From: Chrysomallon squamiferum
Lineage: Eukaryota; Animalia; Mollusca
Assembly: GCA_012295275.1 (NCBI GenBank)
Contig: CM022669.1
Location: 6,014,001 to 6,078,000, forward strand
Direction: 5' to 3'
Length of the DNA: 64,000 bases
In this document: positions 27,301-38,525 of the stretch, one piece after another
Numbering within the stretch: position 1 is the first letter of the stretch
How the letters are laid out: each line of letters begins with the position of its first letter
Translations under genes and position numbers: made by a program
The notes under the pieces: generated by a model
What the model was told of the DNA's origin: nothing
What the model saw: only the letters and a program-made list of their open reading frames with translations
Databases searched by the model: none

Positions 27301-29823
27301 CAGCTAACATGAGTTTGAAATAAGAATAAAAGGAATGAATGGTTTATTGCTATATGAATATATATTGGTGCATTTTAAAATTAAGTTACTATATGAATAA
27401 TACGAGAGTATTTTAGCCAATGTTTCAAGTGTGTTTACTCTTAGATGCACAATGTGTAGATGAGGAGCAAACTGGTCATTTTACCACTTAAATTTCATAC
27501 TATTTACTAGTGCCTCAGTTTTTCTTTCACTTTTTTTTTTATCATAGAGGTTCAGATGAGTAAGGAAATATCAATTTTAACATTCATCACAGGCACAAAA
27601 ATCTTCTTCACTTTTTATAACATTAAATATCTTTTTGTATTTTTACCAAACATTCAATGAAATGGCCATGAGAATCAATTAAATTAAACCAAATTGATAA
27701 CATTCTATTTTCAGTTTAAATAATCATTTTACCGAAAGGTATGCAAGAACATTACAAAATTTACTTATCCTGATGACTGTTAAGAACAAAACTGCGAGAT
27801 TGTTGAAAAATTTGTTTAATAATAATAATAAATAAATACAAACCAATGACACCAAACTCCGAATTATCCAAAAATTTGTCTGCTTCAGCTGTTGAAGTCA
27901 GTTCTTTGGAAGTAGGACCTGCTTTCGATTTCATTAGTTTAACAATTCCATCTGTTATAAAAAAATAAAAAAAATATTAGTTTCATGTCTGTTTTTTTGT
28001 AGATGAGTGTAAGTGGCTTGGATAATATGATACAGAAAGATCACAACTCATTTTTCTATTAAAATTTTAATGCAAAACAAAAAATATTAAAATTCAAACT
28101 GCTATATTAAGATGAACATTCTGTATGGTTTAATTTCAGCTGAAGAGTTTTTACAAATAAATGAATGACCACAATAAATGAATTTTGTTATAGTAAGCTA
28201 GTAACAGATGGATTTTTCGTTGATATAAGAGGTAAACTGACTGCCACTTCATGGCTCAGAACTACAATTAACATTAAAGTATCTCTGACACATGGTAATG
28301 TATGTTCTTTTCAACACTAAAGAAAACACATCAAGGATTTTGATGAAATGTAAAATGTTAAAGTACACTGCAACCTGCAGTAAGAGAATGGAAAGAGAAA
28401 TTAAATTCTCTAATTAAAAGGAATAGATTTTTACAAATTTACCTGCTTCTCTTGGTCCACTGTAATCTTCAGATTCACCATTTCTGAAAATTTTCAAAGT
28501 AGGGTATCCAGAGACACCATGTTTTCCACACACTTTGGTATTAGCAGTACAGTCAACCTGAAAGTAAACATTATATTGTTTTAACCAAGTCGTGTTTTTT
28601 TTAAATAACTAAATGATCTAGAGAGCCAGAACTGGAATTACTAAAAAATATAGTTGAATCTGCAGAAACTGTATGCAAACTATCTTAAACTATAAATTCA
28701 ACAGCTGTTTATTAGTGAAATGCATCACTTCACACCTATTTATATCAGTTTTTAGTTAAATGTTATACAAAACAAAGGAGAAGAGAGTATTACCTTGGCT
28801 AAAGGCACTGGTGGATCATTCCTTTTTAGTGCTGTAGCAGCTTTTTCATATTCAGGTGCAAGCTTCTTACAGTGTCCACACCTACAAGTATCAAGTAACA
28901 GAATTTGAATTATATTTTCAACTGTTCAGTTAGTTGGTTAGTGATGCAATCTGGGCCAATACTGGATGTTTAAGTGAAAGAAAAATGAAACATTAAAAAT
29001 TCTTAAGCAAATGTAAACAAATGAAAGAAATATTTTAATTATTTCCAATCTGTTGATGTTGTAGATAAATAAACAAACAATAATTGTTAGTTATCAAAAC
29101 TACTTGTGAAATCAATTAAATTTCCTTTTTGAACTTATTGTGGTTAGCATGACCAACTGTCACCATGTGTGCTTTTGTTTCAGCATCTTATCTCCTATGT
29201 GAATGGCAATCATAATAGTACATTCTGGTAATCTGAAGTTTTGATACATCACTCATCAAACTGTTTTACTGATAAATCTATTAACTAATATTTAAAATTT
29301 AACATCTTAATTTGTAAATTTATTATTTCATAAAATTTAAATATATACATATACAAGGAAAACCAGATATAAAGTTTTTTCTTTGTTGATTACAAATGAT
29401 AAAAAAGCAAAACCTTTAAACTACAAATTATTATTATAACAAACTCAGTAAATATACAATTTTTTTAAATCTCGTTTTAATTAACCGAATTATTCGATGG
29501 TTTATTTATTATTAATTTATCATCATCATCATCATCATGATTATTATTATTTCCAATTTTTAAAATTTAGATACTATAGTTTAATCAAATTGAAATCGTT
29601 TGCTGCTGAACATTTAAAAGTTCAATAAATGAATAATCAATCACTTGAATCAGAGAATTAACGCCGGCAGCTCACACGTGAACACTTACCATGGAGCAAA
29701 AAACTCTACTAGAATTAAACTTTCTTTATCAACTTTGTCGTCGAAGTCATCATCTGTGAATTCTAAAACATCACTAGATGAAGATAGAGATAAAAATGCT
29801 AGTAGCAAAACAAACGACTTCAT
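21373..29823 (-). CDS. PDIA3: Protein disulfide-isomerase A3 (ERp57/ERp60), 491 aa
   Basis: 12 in-phase GT-AG exons: 29823-29690, 28881-28794, 28557-28443, 27951-27844, 27054-26928, 26634-26521, 26210-25905, 25557-25455, 24988-24860, 22614-22535, 22261-22204, 21486-21373 (1476 nt). Signal peptide [24 protein letters not shown], two WCGHC active sites, the ERp57-typical [19 protein letters not shown], and a basic tail ending KQEL. Confidence 0.95.
21834..21913 (-). ncRNA. Box C/D snoRNA, U82/SNORD82-like (18S A1678-equivalent guide), copy 1, PDIA3 intron 11
   Basis: 10-bp terminal stem AGTGCTTTTG/CAAAAGCACT, box C ATGATGA, box D CTGA; guide GGGACGTAAT is antisense to 18S AUUACGUCCC and precedes a degenerate D' (CATA). 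Confidence 0.85.
22838..22917 (-). ncRNA. Box C/D snoRNA, U82-like, copy 2, PDIA3 intron 9
   Basis: Stem CATGCTTTTG/CAAGAGCATG, box C GTGATGA, box D CTGA, same guide. Confidence 0.8.
23168..23243 (-). ncRNA. Box C/D snoRNA, U82-like, copy 3, PDIA3 intron 9
   Basis: Same boxes, stem and guide; lies within a local duplication. Confidence 0.8.
23800..23875 (-). ncRNA. Box C/D snoRNA, U82-like, copy 4, PDIA3 intron 9
   Basis: Same boxes, stem and guide; near-canonical C' ATGATGT. Confidence 0.8.
24572..24647 (-). ncRNA. Box C/D snoRNA, U82-like, copy 5, PDIA3 intron 9
   Basis: Box C ATGATGA, box D CTGA, same guide; stem TGTTTTCG/CGAGAACA shows compensatory changes relative to copy 1. Confidence 0.8.
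25676..25749 (-). ncRNA. Box C/D snoRNA with U21/SNORD21-like 28S guide, PDIA3 intron 7
   Basis: Stem GTGCACA/TGTGCAC, box C ATGATGC, guide TGTTTCAAGACGGG (14 nt antisense to conserved 28S CCCGUCUUGAAACA) + A + D' CAGA, C' GTGATAT, D CTGA. Confidence 0.85.
27510..27596 (-). ncRNA. Box C/D guide RNA (sno/scaRNA) complementary to U12 snRNA, predicted Gm18, PDIA3 intron 4
   Basis: Stem GTGCC/GGCAC, C GTGATGA, D' CTGA, C' ATGATAA, D CTGA; D' guide TTTCCTTACTCAT is antisense to U12 AUGAGUAAGGAAA. Confidence 0.8.
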
Positions 29824-29911
29824 TCCGTTAGAAATCTTGCACTATAATACAAGACGGTCCTTGTTTCTTACTACCTTGAACGTGGACTGCTATCTGCGCT
29901 GTCCACCGCTG

Positions 29912-29922
29912 ATTGGTCCACG
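29912..29922 (+). promoter_or_regulatory. ER stress response element II (ERSE-II) in the PDIA3/FBXW5 divergent promoter
   Basis: Exact ATTGG-N-CCACG (ATTGGTCCACG) ~90 nt upstream of the PDIA3 ATG; ETS-like CCGGAA at 29931 and GTCACGT at ~29958 nearby. Confidence 0.7.
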
Positions 29923-30992
29923 GCATCTCTCCGGAAATTCGATGTTTAATCCCAAATGTCACGTTGCAAACGAGAAAAATCGAGATCATAGCCATTGTAT
30001 GTTATCAGTCTACCGAACAGCTGTGTATATTGTTAGACAAATGGATTGTAACGAATGCAATAACATTAATCAAACCTTTAAATTAAATTTCATAAATAAT
30101 GTTTCGTTCTATCACAGATTAATGAAAACATATTTAATTATTTGCAATGTCTAGTTTAGTGGCATATTCAATATTAAGCGTTTGCGACATCTGTTTAGAC
30201 GACAGATAATGGACCGGTTGCCACAAACGTTCAGAGATTAAATAAATATAGGTAGATCTATATAATAATACTCTTTTGATGTAAAATTGTTTTAATTAAT
30301 CTGGCATAACACTTGTAATGACATGGTTTGCTATTTTTGCCACCGATCACAGAGTAGATGCAAATAATATAATTAGCATTTCAGAAAGTGTAAAGTGAAT
30401 TGTCAAAAAAAAAAAAAAATGCAAAGAAAAAAAAAGCAACACCAAATGAACAATTAGGAGCATCAAAATAATAAACAAGTTCAGCAGATTTAATTTGATC
30501 TATAAGTTTTGAATTATACAGTGTGTGCCAAATATTTACGTAATTATTACATATATAATGGGTGGGTTTTTTTACAGATGTAGAGAGCAAGAGAAAAAGT
30601 TAAAATATTTATAAATAATATTTCAGTAATTTTTTTAATTTATATATATATATTTTTTTTAAATTAGTAACTTCAAAACTTAATAAAAAAAATTATTATT
30701 ATTTTCAGACTAAAATATAATAATTATAATATACTATATTATACAATAGTTGATTAGGAAGCCATGTTTTTATTTATTTTATTTTTTTATTTTTTATCTA
30801 GCTCTATATGAATCATCATTTGTAAATATGGCTTTTGAAAAATTTATCCAAGATTCAACAACAAAGTAATATGCACAGTACTTAGCAATTGCAACACATT
30901 AATTACATTTACATTTTCAGTTTCGTGATTTGCAGTATTTTATGTGGGATTAGAATGTCTTTTTAAAAAATAAATATTTTGTTTATATCTTT

Positions 30993-31040
<48 letters not shown>

Positions 31041-31153
31041 GTTATTTTATTCAGTATATAGCTTAATTATTCAGAAGATTATTTTACTTTTATTTTTAGG
31101 GAAGCCATGTTGACTTTTGACAGTAACAAGCACTGACGTGAGGGGCACAAGTA

Positions 31154-31992
31154 ATGTCTAAACAACAGACACATATCTGCTGCCTGCCTGACTCAATTCT
31201 GTTGCAGATTTTTATGACTCTTGATGCTGTTGATGTCACACGCATTGCCCAGGTTTGTCCAGCCACTTTATCTCTGTATAGTGAAAACATTAGTCTTTTT
31301 ACATCTAACTGTTAACATAATTTCTATGTATATATATGTATGTAGGTAGGTAGGTAGGTAGGTATGTATGTATGTGTATGGGTGGCTGGGTGTGTGTGTG
31401 TGTGTGTGTGTGTCTGTCTGTCTGTCAATAGATAGATAGATATTAAGACAGATAAACAAATCTTAATGAAAAGAAAATCCTTGAACAGTAATAACTGATA
31501 CAAAAACAAAGAATTAATATAAACCTTTTTCAGTGTCATCTTCTCATCAACACTATGATGTTACATACAAAGTCATATTTAAATATATATTTGCTTGTCT
31601 GAAAGTTCATAAAAATAGATGGGACACATTTTAATAGATACAACTGACAATGAAACATTCGTTCAGGTTTGTCAGAGATGGAGGAATGTTGGCGTATGAT
31701 GAAAGCATATGGCGACAGCTGATGTACAAAAAGTGGAAAGTGAAGGGTCAGATTGCAGAGAACCAGTGTCTGTGGAGGCTGGAATATCAACGACTAAGTG
31801 ACCATGTGCCAAACGTTCTGAGTGAGACGCTGAGTGAACACACGGATGAAGTTCTTCACGTCAGTTTTTCACACAGAGGACACCTCTTTTCAACTACTTC
31901 CAAAGACTGTACAATCAAGGTAATGTCGTCTTCAGTTTGTCTTTGTGTTCTTTATTAATATAATAATAATAATATCTACTACAACAATAACA

Positions 31993-32036
<44 letters not shown>

Positions 32037-35000
32037 TATTATTATTAACTACTAATACTACTAATATTCATTTATTGTTATTGTTATATTATTATTATTA
32101 TTGATGTTGTTGTTGTTTCTATTATTGTTTTTGTAGGTGAATGATGATGTCAGTGCTACTACTACTACTGCTATTACTATTACTATTATTATTTTATTGT
32201 TGTTACTATTATAATTAGTAGAAAAACTTGTAGTAGTACTTAATTTTTTTAATTTAATTTATTTTATTGGATTATTTATGTACATTAGAAATAAATTGTG
32301 TTAAACAGTATTTTTACACATAATGGTGTTTTTTTTTTTTTCAGGTTTGGAATGTAGGTTTCCCTACAACTCTTAAATACAGCCATGATTTCCAGGCTCA
32401 ATACCACTGGGATTTCACCCAGTTTTCTTGTTTCAATGCCACTGATAGCATGCTGCTGGTATCCAGTGTGAAAACTGCAGAGCTAGACCGGAGAGGCTAC
32501 GTTGCTATCCTCTCCATCACTCATGGTTTGTTTACTATGTAATATAGCTGTGATAGCTTACTCTACTACATAAATAAATAAAAGTTTTGTGTTTCTTGCT
32601 CATAAAAGAAAAATAAATAATATTGCTTTTTTACACTCTGAATTTAATTTATTGTTTACTATGATTATCAAGTTAAAATGTAATTAGCCAGAGTATTATG
32701 TCTGTTGTGTTGCAAATCTTTTTTTTTTACAAATGTAATGATTTAAAAGTGAATAAGGACATAGTTGGGGAAAAACAGCTTCTAGAATATTTTAATAATT
32801 TATTTCGCCAATGGCTCTTTAAATTCACTTGACCAGTATTTAAATATTATTTTGTAAGTCAGTAAGTGTATTGTTTAGATCAGTCTGGAATATGTTAACA
32901 TGATTAAATGACAATTTATAACAGTCTTACTTTTTACATCTATAATGAAACATTTATGATGCTTATAAAGCACATGAGGTGTTTTTATATTTACTGTGGA
33001 GATTGCAGCAGACCTCTCTTCTGCAGTTCAGTTAATATATATTATAAATTAATGTGTTTTATGGTTATGATAGTCATGATTTAATTTTTTCTTTTTCTTT
33101 TTTTTGTCTCAGAAATAAAAAAATTTAGATTTTCATATATTGCTGGCTTGTATTGTAGTTGTTACTCACAGCTTATTTTTTAATATTGTTTCTAATAAAT
33201 ATTAGATTTTAGATTTTCAGCTACTGCAGGTTTTGTCTATGGATCCCAGCCAGCTATTTGGGACTTGGTTAAATCCCACCACATTTCTTGGAGGATCACT
33301 TGAAATCAGCCTGGATAGGTTTATAACAACTGTTCAGATCAAAGCTTTTGAGGTATGTGTTTTTTTAGGGCAAAGCACAAATTTAATTAATATTTTTATC
33401 ATATCTTAACATATTACAATATTAATATATTTTCACACAACATTTGAATAAAAAATTTCTGCGTATTCACAGTATTTTAACAATATTCTGTATTATGATT
33501 TTCCCATTTATTTATATAACAACCCACATACAAATACTTATTTAATTACCTAACAAGACTTATGGCCCTTAGAATATGATTGTTCATCATAATTATCTGG
33601 TTTTATTTGAAAGATTTGTGTTTAATTTTTAATAGTAACTAACAGTCAGCGTGTTTACACAAACTTTATCTCTTTAAAACAATAACATTTGCAGTTATTA
33701 ATGCATTTTAGACAGTTTTTAATTTTTTAACTTCTTAATTTTTTTTTTTTTTTTTTTTTAAATGAACGTATAATTGTTACAATTAATGTTATTGAAATCA
33801 GTAAGAGAAAACCTCTATTTATTTATTTCTTTTTCTTATTTTTTTTACTTTTATTTTTTTTTATAATGTTTATTTAAAGACAGTTTTTATTTTATAAAAT
33901 ACAGGTTGAGAATATACCTCCAGACCCAGAACAGCCTGTTCATGTGGAAATCCTGGCTGGTGAGACTCTGTTTACATTCTGTAGTGAAAACGCAAGTCTC
34001 ATCAAGTTTCTGACAGTAGTGAATCCATGTGCTAACGCAAAATATACAAAACAACAGGCCTGTTCTCAAAACATCACAAACAACTGTGATTTAGACAGCA
34101 ACACATTGAGTGAAAACTTCTCAGATTCGAAACCTGAAACAGAGAAAGATCGTCTAGAAAAGAGTACATCCAGTCAGTGGTCAGAAAGACATGAGATTAA
34201 TCCCAAATCCCTTGCTGAGAAGTGTTTGTTAGATAATGGCACGTCAGATCAAGTGTGTGACTCAGAATATAAATGTAGGAAGTCCGCTGACTGCCAGTGT
34301 TTGTGCTGCAGGGATCCCACAGTTACAACAAGCCAGTGTCTGAAAACCTGTGAAGTGAAGTGTGATGTGGACAGAGGATTCACATCGAGCAAGTTGTGCT
34401 TCTGCTGCAGGAAAAGGAAAAAGAGCAAAGACAAAACACAACAGAATTACGTCTCTGGGATTGTCAATGGTGAAAGAACTATGGCCAGCAACGTGTGTGT
34501 ATTCAACTCAGAAAATGGCATGTTAGATGTTCGAGAGACAGGTGGAGATGACAGAACTGACTTTTTAAATTATTCTTTCAACCAGGACAGAGTTCGTGAT
34601 TATACAGTTTGGGGAATGAGTAGCCAGAATAAAGTTTCTTTAGATGTGTCGATTCAAGATGATCTCACAAGATGTTGCAAAGATTCGGTTGTAACTCTTG
34701 AAAACTGTGGTATGGATGATTTTTGCTGTGATGACGAAAAGCCAGTGACCTCAGATGTTTTTAATTCTGTTGATAATACTCTGGATGGGTCAGCTGGAAC
34801 TGACCAGAGTCTAATTTATGTAACAGGGGAATTTGCCGTTGCACTTCATCAGCTTGGATTCAAGTCTTTGTCAGCTGATGATGAGCTCAGAAATGAGGCA
34901 GGTGGAGAGACTTCATCACTGCAGTTTGACGCTGACAACGCAGAAAGTCACATGGTCGTAAATTACAGCAATCAGCTCATTGAAATGCAACAAGTTCGTA

Positions 35001-36794
35001 AACCAGATCCGTTTGATCACATGATTGATTTGAATGGCCACATCACTGGCTTGTGCTTATCCAGAGATCATAGGTAAATTGTTATAGCTTTAATTCAGTC
35101 AGTAACACATCATTTTCATTAAAAAGATAATCTGGTATGTGAATTAAGAAGAATGTAGATTATATTTTTGTAAGTCGTTACTTAAGAAATGAAGTGTTAC
35201 AATTAAAAATTAAAATACGTTACCTCAGATTTAGATTGCATATTTCATTTTTTGGAAAATATTTTATTTGTTTTTTGTTATTATTATTTTTTTTTTTTTT
35301 TAAATTTATAGTTATATTTAGATTAAATTAAAGACTAATTTAATAAATTCAAGAAATGTAACAAAAATACTTTCCTGAAACTAGAACATTACTATGCCAT
35401 AGCTCTAGCATCATAACTAAAAGTGACAAAAAAACTATATAATGAATGTTGTTCTTCTATCTATGGAACTCTTAAAGAATCTAGTGGTTTGTTTGGAGAT
35501 AAACAATCCAAGGACTCAGTGCCTATTTTTTAGAATAATGACTATAAAAATATAAAGCTGTTTAACATAAAAATTGTACCTTGTTATCACTATATTTTTT
35601 TGTTAAATCTTTATATTCTGTTGCTGTACATATAATCATGTTATTTCATTAGGTACATAATTTGAGCAGTGGTTAACATGGACATCTCAAACTTGCTCAA
35701 TGAGGTGCAGTATAAAAACATTTTACTGTTTAAGTGTCCAGTAATTACTTTTGTTTTACCTGGCAGGTATCTCTTTGTCAACTGCAGACCATGGGTAGGT
35801 GCTGTTGACCGTTCTGACCCATGGGCAACACCTGAACTGTCCAACCAGATTGAGGTCCGCATGATCGACCTGAAAACAATGGAGGTGAGTGCTGCCCTGT
35901 ACACAGGTCACAAAGGACTCTCTCCATCCACCATGTGTTGTTTCATCTTCCTCGACTCAAGTGACGACTTTGTGGGGAGGTAATTGAACAAATGAATGCA
36001 TATATACATATATATATATATTTAAATTATTGATTTTTTTTTTTTTTTTTTTTAATTTATTTCTAACTTGAGACACTTTGTCTTATATTACATACATACA
36101 TACATACATTGCATGTTGTGCATTCACTCATTTGTTTTTCTTGTCATTTTGAGAAAGAAAAAACTTCAATCAAGATTAAAGTAGCTATCATTAGTTACTG
36201 TGAGATATTAACTGGAAATGTTGAATTGAAATAGGATTTTATTTTATTTCATTTTATTAGATTTTTAAAAACAAATTTAACAAAAATGTTTTTGTTGGGT
36301 TTTTTAAGAATGGTTTGACAATTTGGACAAATAATAAATTAACACCATACAAATCTGATTGTCAAAATAAATTGTAATCATTTAAATAATCACTGAAAAT
36401 TCAGGCATGAAAACAGATACACAGAGACATGCATGCATACACTCACAACACACACACACATATTAATAATGATTAAATTTAAAATAAACAACAAATATTA
36501 AAATTCCTAATGGGTCATGAAGTCTGATGAATACATAGTCAGAGACTTTTGTTTTCCACTAACGTGTGAACAATCATGTTGTAACATAATTTCAGTGGCA
36601 GTGAAGATTCTCTAGCCTATGTCTGGGAACGTCACTATCAGTGCGTTGTTGGCAGACTCCCACATGGTCCTGGCGTTGTGAATGCTGTTGCATTTTGTCC
36701 AAGCAATCAAGAATACCTCGTTACTGTCAGCGATGACAACAAAATTAAAATATGGCGATCAAGTCACAATATGAGACTGATATCCAACAGGTGA
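31154..36794 (+). CDS. FBXW5: F-box/WD repeat-containing protein 5 (one-base frameshift at ~31690 in this sequence)
   Basis: Exons 31154-31252, 31667-31919, 32345-32525, 33213-33352, 33905-35073, 35767-35979, 36596-36794. F-box LPDSILLQIF; FBXW5-typical motifs EHTDEVLHVSFSH, WDFTQFS.FN..DS.LLVS, DHMIDLNGHITGLCLS.DHRYLFVNCRPW and SGSEDSLAYVWERHY. Exon 2 is 253 nt and needs one base removed to keep frame. Confidence 0.9.
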
Positions 36795-37212
36795 CACATT
36801 ACGTTGTGATGTACATGACTTTTATTTTTACGTGATACACAGTTATAGTGTGTGTAATATTTATTGATGGTTCAAGTACTGTAAACTAGATTAATATCAT
36901 GATGGAAAATTTTGTAATAATAATGGCCAAAAGCACCATTTTTTTGTGAATTTAAATGTCTTAAATGTTGTGTTTAACTTTTTCCTTCAGTGATCAAAGT
37001 AAACCGATTTTTTCTTACTATGTCATGGAACCAAATCTCAGCACTTTACCTCTTGACTGTTAATTGACATGAACTGATTTTGCACAGTTAATAAAAGAAA
37101 AAAAAGAAATGACTTGTTTGTTTGTTGAATTTTTTTTTTTTTTTTTTAAAGTTTAATTGTGGAACATGTGAGATGCTTACTGAAAGAAATCAAAAAATGT
37201 ATTTATTTATAT

Positions 37213-37271
<59 letters not shown>

Positions 37272-37963
37272 TTATTTAATTAATTTTTTAAGTTTTTAAT
37301 TTATTTAATTTAATTTTATTATTATTATTAATATATTTTTTTTGGTATTTACATATATTTTAATGGCACTAGAGATTTCACTACCTATAGAAAACTAAGT
37401 TTAGTCCCAGAAAAAAAAAACATTCTTTGTTCAGTAATGTTCTTTGTCTGATTGGGTCCTTCCTTTTTCTGATAACTTAGAATTGTAAAATTGTTGAATG
37501 AATAATGTAGATTATGAAATTAATGTGATCATGATGCAGATAAATGGGAGTTCTTGTTATTTACATTTTTATAATGCATTTATCTCTACATTTATGTTAT
37601 ACATTGTTAAAACAAAAACTAAAACTAATGAATTATTAAAACACTGAATATTTCTGAATATAGTCCAAAGCTGATTTAAAAACTGAGCATTAAAATATTT
37701 TGTGAAGGTCAAAGTTTTTTTGTTTTTTTTTGTTTGTTTGTTTGGTTTTGTTTTTCTTGTTAATTTTTTTCAATTAATAGATAAATATATCACAAAATGT
37801 GGAAGTGTAATTTCGTAGACAAAGCGTTCTACTAACTGAAATAAGTCCTAACAGACTGGGTGACCAGGAATTTATTCAGTGTTTATTACCACTAAATATA
37901 TAAAACGGGATAAATAAAAATGTTCTCATTTCATCGGTTTTCTTTTCTTTCTTTCTTTATTTA

Positions 37964-38037
<74 letters not shown>

Positions 38038-38042
38038 TTATA

Positions 38043-38525
38043 TAATATTAATGTAAATAATTCTCTGCTTCAAAAAAAGAAAAGAAGAAGATAAACGGAA
38101 AAGGAAAAGCTGAAGTAACTAACCTATTAGAACACGAGACAGAATCATTCATGCACTAACTGCGCCACAAACGTGATTGCCTGCCTTCTTACTTCGGAAG
38201 TTAAACGCGTTATTTAATCGCTGTTATTCTGATATTTTATTATGTGAATCAGCGTGAACGCTGGGCGTGTTTTTACTTATCTAATATTAATGTAAATAAT
38301 TCTCTGCTTCCAAAAAAAATATATTAAAAGAACAACAAACCACGATTTTTTTCACAAAGGAAAAGCTGAAATACCTATTAGAAAACAAGACAGAATCATT
38401 CATGCTCTAACTGTGTCACAGCCGTTATTGCCTGCCTTCTTACTTCGGAAGTTAAAAGCGTTATTTAATCGCTATTATTCTGACATTTTATTATGTGAAT
38501 CGGCGTGAACTCTGGGCGTGTTTTT
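38043..38525 (+). repeat. Two-copy direct tandem duplication (~240 bp unit) upstream of the SLC43 gene
   Basis: 38043-38280 and 38282-38525 share TAATATTAATGTAAATAATTCTCTGCTTC, GACAGAATCATTCATGC, GCCTGCCTTCTTACTTCGGAAGTTAAA and CTGGGCGTGTTTTTA. Confidence 0.9.

Noticed and set aside
27555-27570. TTTCCTTAC read as a U12-type intron branch point
   Set aside because: The intron has a GTTTG donor rather than RTATCC and the motif is ~500 nt from the acceptor; its position next to a D' box fits a guide better.
29172-29262. C/D-like motif set in PDIA3 intron 1 (TTGATGA or GTGATGT ... CAGA ... ATGATT ... CTGA)
   Set aside because: No convincing terminal stem and no guide target recognised; worth a snoscan run but not called.
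29645-30154. 169-aa plus-strand ORF
   Set aside because: Antisense shadow of PDIA3 exon 1 and its promoter.
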